From the NCBI RefSeq assembly GCF_964204645.1, contig NC_134034.1:10614962-10678961 (forward strand): DNA of 64,000 nucleotides. Reading direction: 5' to 3'. Shown piece after piece: positions 12,454 through 21,913 of the stretch. The position numbers and the translations under genes are program-made. Each line of letters opens with the position of its first letter. Positions within the stretch are counted from its first letter, which is position 1. Source of the DNA: Tubulanus polymorphus. Lineage: Eukaryota; Animalia; Nemertea. The notes under the pieces were generated by a model. The model saw nothing but the letters and a program-made list of their open reading frames with translations, searched no databases and was not told the origin of the DNA.

Positions 12454-14195
12454 ATGCCTCCTCATCGCTATCAGCAGTTGTTCGTCGCCTGTGCCTTTTT
12501 GGCGTTCGTTTATTACGTCATAGTCCACCGTGGATCTCCGGCGATGGTTTCCGATGATGCCCGAACACCGCCGAAGACGATATCGATGGTATTTACGGGT
12601 GACATCATGGCGCACCGGAACATAACGCGATCGGTGTTCGACGAGAAAACTCAAACTTACGATTACAACCCAATATTCAGGTAACTTTATTTCAATGTAA
12701 CTGAATGTGAAGTGTGGACGATCGGTTTTTGAAAGTTTGCTAATAAAATGTATAATTTCTGGTGTTTCTGGTTTCAATCAAAAATATCTCAGGTAAAGTT
12801 CGGAACACATGTGAAGTGTTGATGAACAGCTTTTGAAAGCACGCTGATAAAATATCTAAAGTCTAGCGTTTTTAGTTCATTTTCAATCAAAAATATCTCA
12901 GGTAAAGTTCGGAACACATTTGAAGTATGGGCGATCAGTTTTTGAAAGTGAGCTGATAAAATGTCTATTGTCTGATGTGTGTAGTTAATTTTCAATAAAC
13001 AATGTCTCAGGTGAAGTACTGAACACATGACCCCGAGTGTGGTCTATCAAAAATTGACAGACACAAGTACCAAAAGCCCGAGAGGGAGCGGGTCCATTCT
13101 ACTTCATTTCAATAAATCAATCTTTATTCTCCGTTTAGGTTTGTTAAGCCAAAATTAGCAGAAACTGATTTTGCGATCGGCAATCTTGAATGTGCAGTCG
13201 GTTCTTCTCCGGATGCGGACTTGGCGAACGGCCATTTTACGATAGTCGTACCGCCGTCGTTCGTCGAAGCTTTACGTAACGCCGGATTTGACGTTCTGGT
13301 TACGGCAAACAATCACGCAAACGATGGAGGAAAAGCGGGTGTCGTCAAAACGAGCGAAACTCTGGACGAATTCGGCATCAGGCACACGGGAGCGTTCGTC
13401 GACGGTGACGCGCGTCGGAGACTCTCACCGTTATTACTCGAGAAGGACGGGTTCCGTATCGCGCTGCTGGCGTTCACCAGACACACGCCGTCAGAACTCG
13501 ATATGGAACCGCCGACCGAAATGAACTATCTCGAAGAAACGACTATTCGTCGCGAGGTGGAACGCGCTAAAAACATGAACGTCGACCAGATCATCGCCTT
13601 CGTGCACTGGGGTCTAGAATACCAGGAACACCCCGATTACTACTTCCAGAAATTGTGGTTTAAATTCTTCAAAGAACTCGGCGTGAATATAGTGATCGGG
13701 GCTCATTCTCACGTGCTACAACCGATGGTTTGGGATAAAAAGGACGACTCCTTGGTCGTGTATTCGTTGGGTAATTTCCTAGCCGATATGACCTATAAAC
13801 TTCCATCGCTGAAAGGAGCGGCCATTTTTCGCCTGGTTTTGGAAAAGCGCGCAGACGGCAAAGTATCGATTAAAACAGCCGACTACGAGTTGACCTACAT
13901 TCAAAATCGCGCAGCTGGGAATATGAGCCAATCGTCGTTCGCCATTCTACCGGTGAAAGAGTTCGAAAATAATGCTAGGTATTTCGACGATTTGGAATTC
14001 AAGGATGAAGCCATGCGAGTTTCGGCGACGGATATGAGACGGTTGATGGCCGTCGAAACAGTCGGTATACGCGAGCGCCACGCTGAGAATTTCGATCAGC
14101 AAAGCCTAGAGTTCCAGTCGAAATTCCTGCGCATGAAATCGAATACCCCTCCATTTAGAATATGCCCGTCTTTGGAATCGATGGAGAGAAACTAG
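12454..14195 (+). CDS. capA: CapA/PgsA-family (PGA_cap, calcineurin-like metallophosphoesterase) protein, 2 coding exons, 427 aa, N-terminal membrane anchor
   Basis: Exon 12454-12680 (..TTCAG|gtaac) joins exon 13139-14195 (ccgtttag|G) in frame: FTGDIMAH..YDYNPIFR/FVKPKLAETDFAIGNLE..ALRNAGFDVLVTANNHANDGG..HTG..FVHWGLEY..IGAHSHVLQP..VVYSLGNF, the full CapA motif series. Hydrophobic LFVACAFLAFVYYVIV at residues 9-24. Possible 5' UTR intron from gtaag at 12107 to ag at 12452. Confidence 0.92.
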
Positions 14196-14497
14196 GCCGA
14201 CTGCCACGACCATTCGGAGACGTGGCACGGATCATGCACCGGCCACTCGGGATAACGCTGAAACACGAATTCATATTTGAAAGTAAAAAAAACCGGTCAA
14301 TTTCCTCACATACCCTAATGTAGAAAATATTACCAAATCGTAAAATAGATTTTGTGAAGTGTAATATTGTTGAATGATAAAATAAATAGATTTGTTTGAT
14401 GAAAAATTAAACATTGATAGGATCGGTTTCGGTTCGTCGGCGAGATGGATTACAGTAACAGATTTCGATAACGTTTGTTGCATTATATTTCGCCATC

Positions 14498-16430
14498 ATG
14501 GTCCGCACCGGAGCTCATTATGGATTTCGGTTCATTTTCTTGTGGATAACGACCGTTATGACGTCATTAGAAGGTAGGACCAGTTGCACGGCTGGAACTG
14601 AAAAAGACAATATTCTAAGCTAAATGGTCTCATGTGTTATTTGAGCTACGTGAAGGAGGTCAAACCTGAAAATTGTGGTCGTGGCACCTCTCTAGTTGTG
14701 TGGTTATCATTGTATGTGACCACAGTCTGTGAGATCGAGTTCAGGTCGAGACAGCAAACCGACCCTCCACAGACCACTCATGCGCAATCTATAGATTGAT
14801 CAAATAGGTCGGATTTCGATTGTTCTGGTACAAACCAGTATGTGGCGTGTACGACAAAAGGTCTCCGCGTTATTGTGTTGACGGCTCTGTGGGCTCAACT
14901 CTCTACACGAGAACTTCGCAATGAAACGGCGGCTAGAATGCATTTTTCTTGTTGAGCCGGACTCACACGAGGGTCATGGCTGGGTCCAGAGAAACTGGCG
15001 AAACTTCTGTGGCAATCGAGGATTCCAGTGATTATGGTTTTGCGTGAACCATAACTCAATTTCATATGTTTGACTCCTGAGTTAAATTACGTCAAATTTT
15101 CAAATAAGAGATAGAGTCGAATTTAAGTTCTAAGACTGTGGAACTGGTTGTGTATTTATTCATTTAACGCATTTTTTCAGCGAATGGTTTGAAGCCGTCT
15201 GGTATGTACGGTAGAAGATACGGCGATTGTAACGGGTATGATATTGGACCGGTTAGAAGCGATAATTTCACCAAGTGCATTGACGCGTGTGACGCCTCGT
15301 CCAGATGTACCGGTCTAGCTGTATTTAAACATAAACGGCCGTTCGAATGCTGGTTGAAATATCGTAATTGCCCGGATTTGAACGCGCAAATGTCGGTGTA
15401 TTTCTTCGAGAAGCTGTACCGCAACGACGGTAAGTCGCACGATACGGAAAAATATCGGTGGCAAGGTGAAGGTTACTGCAATACCGAGTACTAGCAGATG
15501 AGATTTATTTTCGATGGAGCGACTCTCGTTTGAAACGTATATAGCGTTTAGAAAATGATACTTTAGAATTTCAAACCTATTGTGTCGATTTAATGAATAA
15601 GCAGTCTAATTATTGTATTTAGAACGACTGTATTTTCTTCTCAAGTTCCCAAATATTCCAGGCGAGAGCGTTAAACCTTCCTTGTCGTGTTTTTTTAGCT
15701 GTGAATAAATTTTCAAATCTCCGTTTACCCAAAACCGATAGATCCATGCCTCGCCTGCGATGTGTAAGGCAACGAACTACATTTTATTTTTGATTGTAAC
15801 TTATCATCGAAAACTGCTCGAATTTGGACACCTTTAAGAACTCGATGTTGTAAAAGATCCAACATTGCAACTGGTTTAATTCGTCTCGGTCTAGATGTAT
15901 ATAGATCCTTCAATAGTGTGTATTTTGAAAAATAGTTCGTTTTAAATGGCGTGTTTTATATTCTAAATGCTTTTATTTTTGCGTTTTCAACTGCGAATGC
16001 CTTTTTCCTTCACATATTATGGAAATTGGTTTGAGTGTAATAGATATTTGTATGCGGTGGCTTATGGTCGTGGTAAGGTCTTCCGATAGGCAGGGGGGGG
16101 GGTTCCTGACCTAATACACGTCCAGTTTCCATAGATTTGTTAATATTCAGCATAATTTTTCTTTTCGTAGACGCGGGTAGAATCTTCAAATATGGCGTGA
16201 ACGCAGCGATGCCGGGGGTTATTTCACAGCCGCTGAAACCCGGAGTGACGTACACGCGTTTTAACGACGCTGTCAGTTGTTTATTGAGTTGCAGTCACGA
16301 TTCGAATTGTTACTCGTCGAATTATCGATCGACAACGAAAGAATGTTACACGTACAGTTTGCAACATTTCTACGACGTGCGCCCGATAACAGCGACCGGT
16401 TGGACTTTATACTACGTGTACTTGTGGTAG
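14498..16430 (+). CDS. Secreted two-PAN/apple-domain protein, copy 1
   Basis: Exons 14498-14573 (gccatcATGG; signal-like MVRTGAHYGFRFIFLWITTVMTSLE), 15181-15429 (GDCNGYDI..KCIDACDASSRCTG..ECWLK..C) and 16171-16430 (SCLLSCSHDSNCYSSNY..ECY..GWTLY); all phase 1 with GT/AG. Confidence 0.85.
14641..14975 (+). ncRNA. Candidate structured intronic RNA or conserved element, copy 1 (others 17327-17650 and 23024-23347)
   Basis: No conserved ORF; roughly 90% identical among the three paralogs by eye; many nested complementary segments (see findings). No known family recognised. Confidence 0.35.
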
Positions 16431-17186
16431 ACGGTGAGATACACTTTCCGGCCATCCTGAATGCTTCACGAAATTCTCAAACATATCTAAGAAAAGGATA
16501 AGTCTGGTTAAGGCCATGTTCACCCGTCAAGGGATTCGAACCCACTACGCTAAAGCTGTTCTCCGAACCCCTTGACCTCACGAGTCGTTGGAGTCGTTAC
16601 TAGCCGACCAGAATCCGGTCGTACCAATCACAGCGCTTGTTACAAACGACTTTAGGCTTCTATTGGTTTTCCCGTTAAATAGACCAATCAGCGAACGTTT
16701 TACTGAACAAGGAAGTATTTCGCAAATCGATATATGACGTCATGCGCAACAGCGCCAGTAATGAAACCACGCTTCGTGAGGCCAGGGGGCTGGTGGAAGC
16801 GAGTTCGGGAGTGATACCTGACCCCTGGCAAGCGAGGATGGGTTAAAGCTTCAAAAAATTTTCAAAATCCGAATAATCATCTTAGCCAAATATGGCTGTG
16901 CGCTCTGGTTGGGATATATTATAAATCGGTGAACGGTCTTTTCTATCAGCTGAAAAAATAATTGACACTTTCCTTGATTAATAAAAAAATATGCGCGCGT
17001 GCGCAGACTACGAATTCACTGTCGATGATGGAAATTTAATCGAACATTTGATTTCAAAACAAAATGATTTTAATGAGAAATTAAATATTCATAGCATCGG
17101 CTTCGACAATAAACATTGAGAATTAATATCATTCATACATCATTTTGGTCAACTTGTGTTGAGTTTGATTTGCAATTTGTGTCATT

Positions 17187-18793
17187 ATGTTCCGCGGCGG
17201 AATTTGTTTAGGAGGATTTCAACACTTATTGTGGATAACGGTCGTTATGACGTCATTAACAGGTAGTATACACGGACCAGTTGCAAAAAACGGCCGTCTT
17301 AGCTATATTGTTTCATGCAGCAGTGTTTGAGCTACGTGAAAGAGGTGAAACCCAGAATTGTGGTCGTGGCACCTCTCTAGTTGTGTGGTTATCATTGTAT
17401 GTGACCACAGTCTGTGAGATCGAGTTCAGCTCGAGACGGCAAACAGACCTTCCACAGACCGCTCATGCGCAATCTATAGATTGACCAAATAGGTCGGATT
17501 TCGATTGTTCTGGTACAAACCAGTTTGTGGCGTGTACGACAAAAGGTCTCCGCGTTATTGTGTCGACGGCTCTGTGGCCTCAGCTCTCTACACGAGAACT
17601 TCACAATGAAACGGCGGCAAGAATAAATTGTTCTTGTTGAGCTGGACTCATATAGGTGCAACTGGGCCCAATGAAAAAAAGAGTGGTTAATGTTAACACA
17701 ACATGTGGCAAATCCACCCGAAGATTCTAGGATTCTACTTTTGGTATGTGGATCCACCAGGTGCACCAGTAGTAATTCCGTTTCCCATACTTAAATTTCT
17801 GTTAGCTTTCAATGGGGACCGGCCAATGTTACTTCGGCAAGCGAGTATTCACTAGGTGCACGAGTAGTTTAGTCGGCATTCGGGATTTTGACTTCTTCAA
17901 TATTTCAATCGATGAAAAATCGAATCGACTTTTTTTAAAATTTCAGCTAATGTTTTGAAGCTGTCGGGTAGGTACGGTAGAAAAGACGGCGATTGTTATC
18001 ATCATGATATAAGTCTGGTGAACGCCGATGATTTATCGAAGTGCGAAGACTCGTGTGACGCCTCGTCTAGGTGCCGCGGTTTTGTGGCGCTTAAAGGTAG
18101 TCCGCCGTACCGATGTTGGTTGAAAGATTACAAATGTACGAATTTGACGAAGAAATCGGTGGCAAATTTCTACGAGAAACTCGATAGTAATGACGGTGAG
18201 TCACGTGATAGGAGAAGGGGGGTTAGCAGCCGAGACATGCAAAGATTCTGTGAGAGGAATTTTAACAATTGCAGCGAAATCCAAATAGGATTTGAAAAGG
18301 GAAAGTTTATTGAGACCATACCGTTTCGTCATCAGCTGCTGGAATATAACTTTTTCATCTTTTTCAGCACTAAAATCTTGTTTTTTAATTTTGGTTTTAT
18401 TTGACTAATATTTAACGTTTGACTTGTCGCATATCGGTGTATTTTGAGGCCGTCGGGGTTTACCTGACCCGATATACGCCTTCTTTCTGTAGATTTCATC
18501 GTTAAAAACTATCATATTTTTTTCTTTTCGTAGACGCGGGTAGAATCTTCAAATATGGCGTGAACGCGGCGATGCCGGGGGTTATTTCACAGCCGCTGAA
18601 ACCCGGAGTGACGTACACGCGTTTTAACGACGCTGTCAGTTGTTTATTGAGTTGCAGTCACGATTCGAATTGTTACTCGTCGAATTATCGATCGACAACG
18701 AAAGAATGTTACACGTACAGTTTGCAACATTTCTACGACGTGCGCCCGATAACAGCGACCGGTTGGACTTTATACTACGTGTACTTGTGGTAG
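17187..18793 (+). CDS. Secreted two-PAN/apple-domain protein, copy 2
   Basis: Exons 17187-17262 (MFRGGICLGGFQHLLWITVVMTSLT), 17947-18195 and 18534-18793; same lengths (76/249/260) and phases as copy 1. Confidence 0.85.
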
Positions 18794-18894
18794 ACAGTGA
18801 GAAACACTTTCCGGTCATCTCATAAAGGCTTCAGAAAATTTGCGTGTGCTCCCTTGAGAAACAACCGATGCGAAATATGCAATTTCCTGCTATG

Positions 18895-19320
18895 AAACCT
18901 GTCGTTTCTCTATAAGTTCAAATTCGTTAGACAAAAAATTACGTAGCCTAATTAACTAATTTACGAGTAATTTCAACTGGTTTAGAATTCAAGGCCCAAT
19001 TTTGAGAGCTGTTTATTTTCATTTCGGGAGGTTTTGTATCTTACTCGGGTGTCGTTTTTTTTTATTTGTTTACAAGAGCATATTGATATTTTACACCCTC
19101 CACAGGATTTTAAGGGAACTAAAATTCACAAAATATCTATTTTGTTTGAATCGGGCGATATTTGCAGCAGTACGAGCTGAGAAAGTTACTGTGGCAGTCG
19201 ATGATTGCGTGTCTGAGATTAGGTTTATATTAATATGATACTGTAAATTGTACCTTCATTTAACATGTTATCATGAATCGGTCAAGACTTTCTCAATAAT
19301 TTCAAAAATAAATTGTTTAC
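18895..19320. repeat. Solo degenerate fragment of the macrosatellite unit (right arm of its inverted repeat)
   Basis: gtcgtttct..aattacgt.gcctaattaactaatttacgagtaattt..catttcgggagg..gggaactaaaat..gttactgtggca matches the unit at e.g. 26125-26440. Confidence 0.75.
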
Positions 19321-19689
19321 TTATTAAACGATATTCTTTTTAATCTGTTGAAGTCGAAATATTATCATTTTGACATTAAAGGAGATTATTGGCCGCCACT
19401 GTTGGAATATATGAATATGGGATGATCGATCTTTTCTAACAGTCATTTCCATGTTGTCAAAAATAAAATGGCAGCTTTTTAGCCGCGGGGGATTAGAATC
19501 TAGGGTCCAGGGTGATAACAACATCGTTTAGATTATGCCCTCCCTGGAGTTGATGGATAGAAAGAAGGTCGACAATAGATCCCAATACTCCATTGCCGGT
19601 GCCGTCATTGATACTACGCCTAGGGCTAAAACTTTAATGTTGGTCTTGCGCAATATACAAACAAAAAAGATAACGGACTTGAAACCAAA

Positions 19690-19835
19690 GATAAATGAAG
19701 AAATCCCACACTTCGGCTGTTGACTAACAGTCATCATTCCACCTAATGATGGCTGTTAGTCAACAGCCGAAACGTTGTGGTTTCAATAAATTTGATCGTA
19801 TAATTTCAAATTCGAAGTGTGGGATTTCTTCATTT
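19690..19835 (+). mobile_element. Penelope-like pLTR remnant with minimal hammerhead motif (19739-19780) and partial inverted copy
   Basis: CCAC-CTAATGA-T-GGCTGTT-agtc-AACAGCC-GAAA-CG-TT-GTGG; core reads CUAAUGA instead of CUGAUGA, so probably inactive; flanked by inverted gaagaaatcccacacttcg / cgaagtgtgggatttcttc. Confidence 0.6.
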
Positions 19836-19924
19836 ATCTACAGTTTACACGAATTATAGTGTTAATTCGACAACTAACTCGAAACCAAAGCTTGGTTCGA
19901 TTTTCAGCGCAACTGGCCCCCACT

Positions 19925-20923
19925 TCAAATAAAGCGCCACCAACAACACATTTTCGAATACCAAGTTTTGAGCGCGTGATAGCGTTGCCTCAGAGAGGCT
20001 CGGATTTCCCTCCCGGTTACAACATAGATATAGAAATTAATGGCGTAATTCCAGCCGTAAATCATGTACGAAATCCGAAACGCTAAACCTGACGGAGCGA
20101 CGTTCGGGTTGATCCACGCCGTCATCCAGATAACGCTGGTCGGGAAACTGAGCAGCAGGAACAGAACGCACGTCGCGGCCACCGTAACCGACACCGATGA
20201 CGTAGTAGCTCGGGTTTTAGCGTTCACGCGTTGATTACGCGTCAACGTCAAAACGATCAACGTCGTCGAGACGACTATAATCGTGCACGGTACGAGCAAG
20301 GTGCACGTGATGTCCAACGATTTCATGAAAGTGGAATCGGTCGTATGAACGCAGCCGACTCCTTCCACGTAGCGAATGAACAACGCTTCCGAACTGACCA
20401 CCGACAACCCGACTTGCACCAGAACGTACGTCGTCGAAATCAGTTTCGCCGCCGTCGAATTCCAAAATCGCGGCGCTCCGAACGGAAATCGCACGATACA
20501 CATCCGTTCCAGCGACACGACGCAAAGCACGTTCGGACTCAGCGCCGTGAACACCATCAACATCGATTCCGCCAGTATACAACTGATACTGCTGCGGCGA
20601 ATTTCTATAAGAACGTCAAGAGTGACGTGGCGATACAGCGCGTTCAGATACATCAGTAAAAAGAAGAACAACATCCCGCTATCGGACACGGCAAGTGCGA
20701 GAAACATTTGGCCGTAAAGTTGTCGGCGGAATTTGGCCGTCGACATCAAAGCGACGACGAACGCGTTACCAATCAACCCGAGTACGGCGATCGCGAGCGT
20801 GTTTAAGCCATACATAACTACGTAAATGGTCGCGTCGTGTTTAGAACCAACGAACATCGTATCCGTGATGGATAAGGCGTAAATCGGTGACGTCTTATTG
20901 GTGGCTTCAGTCCTTTTTGACAT
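19925..20923 (-). CDS. Intronless class A (rhodopsin-like) GPCR, orphan peptide-receptor-like, 332 aa
   Basis: Seven hydrophobic segments; GLIGN (TM1), LALAVSD (TM2), Cys at top of TM3, SLERM..VRFP (DRY-like), ECL2 Cys, LLVP (TM5), FLLLSFP (TM6), NYAINFYIY (TM7). Confidence 0.93.
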   Translation of the reverse strand: MSKRTEATNKTSPIYALSITDTMFVGSKHDATIYVVMYGLNTLAIAVLGLIGNAFVVALMSTAKFRRQLYGQMFLALAVSDSGMLFFFLLMYLNALYRHVTLDVLIEIRRSSISCILAESMLMVFTALSPNVLCVVSLERMCIVRFPFGAPRFWNSTAAKLISTTYVLVQVGLSVVSSEALFIRYVEGVGCVHTTDSTFMKSLDITCTLLVPCTIIVVSTTLIVLTLTRNQRVNAKTRATTSSVSVTVAATCVLFLLLSFPTSVIWMTAWINPNVAPSGLAFRISYMIYGWNYAINFYIYVVTGREIRASLRQRYHALKTWYSKMCCWWRFI

Positions 20924-21299
20924 CTCAACCAGTCATCGTCCTCGAGAACCGATTTCATTGGCTGTCGCGTCGCGGAAGTTCTCGATGACCTCTCGTATTT
21001 GTCTGATAGTCAAATTAGAAAATGCCCTGCGGGAAATAAATCGAAAAGTCGAATCAAATAATGTAACGCCTCGAGGAGGTGAATAATGTCACGCCTCTGG
21101 GGTCGAATCGAAATCATTGCAATCATTTCGATACTGAATTGATCCTTAATGTGATGTTTCTTTTTTTCTGTACGAGCTGTAAACGCTTGTAACTGATTGG
21201 ACAGACGGATGTCAATCAGTAAAAAGCGTCGCAGCAGCTTCGACCATCAACCTTCAGCTCTTTAGTAACGTCATTCAAATTGATTGCGTGTGAAACTGG

Positions 21300-21705
21300 G
21301 CTCCTCTGTCTCGGAATCTGCCCTCACCTCCTTTCTCTCATCTTCATTCTCATAATTTGTCTTCGCCTCATTTGTCTTCTCGGTTATAGGACCTTTTCAC
21401 CTCCTCTGTTTCCTCCTCAGGCTCTGAATCAGTTTTCACCTCCTCTGTTTCCCCCTCCAGTCTCTGAATCAGTCTTCAACTCCTCTGTTTCCCCCTCCAG
21501 TCTCTGAATCAGTCTTCAACTCCTCTGTTTCCCCCTCCAGTCTCTGAATCAGTTTTCGCCTCCTCTGTTTCCTCCTCATTCTCTGAATCAGTATTCACCT
21601 CCTCTGCGTCCTCCTCAGTCTCTGAATCAGTTTTCACCTCCTTCGCCTCCTCCGCAGTGTCAGAGTCCGTCTTCATCTCCTTTGCCTCCTCCTCACTATC
21701 ACACT
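21300..21705 (-). repeat. 39/40 bp minisatellite reading as a frameshifted Glu-rich 13-aa repeat on the - strand
   Basis: Minus strand translates DSEEEAKEMKTDSDTAEEAKEVKTDSETEEDAEEVNTDSENEEETEEAKTDSET, then three 40-bp units break the frame. Confidence 0.7.
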
Positions 21706-21913
21706 AAGGCGCATTCGAGCCATTGTCAATTAGCTTTCACGGACGATAGATTCTATACATAAAAAAATTAGACATTGAAAAGCCTTCAAATTGAAATTTG
21801 GTCGTGAAATAAATCATTTCGATTAGAAATTAAACATTTATAGGATCGGCTTGGTCGATGCGATGACAACGGTAACAATATTGATTACATTTGTTGCATG
21901 ATATTTCGCTGTC

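Noticed and set aside
12454-14195. Bacterial contamination as the source of capA
   Set aside because: GT-AG intron splits conserved motifs in frame; host-type repeats lie in the intron and upstream; no operon neighbours.
17392-17766. 124-aa minus-strand ORF over the conserved intronic block, and an RNase P CR-I-like GGAAGGTCTG on that strand
   Set aside because: ORF is not preserved across paralogs (indels in copy 3, different flanks); too little conserved sequence follows the motif and no matching CR-V was found.
20231-20717. ORFs overlapping the GPCR
   Set aside because: Shadow ORFs caused by GC/CpG-rich codon usage; no recognisable motifs.
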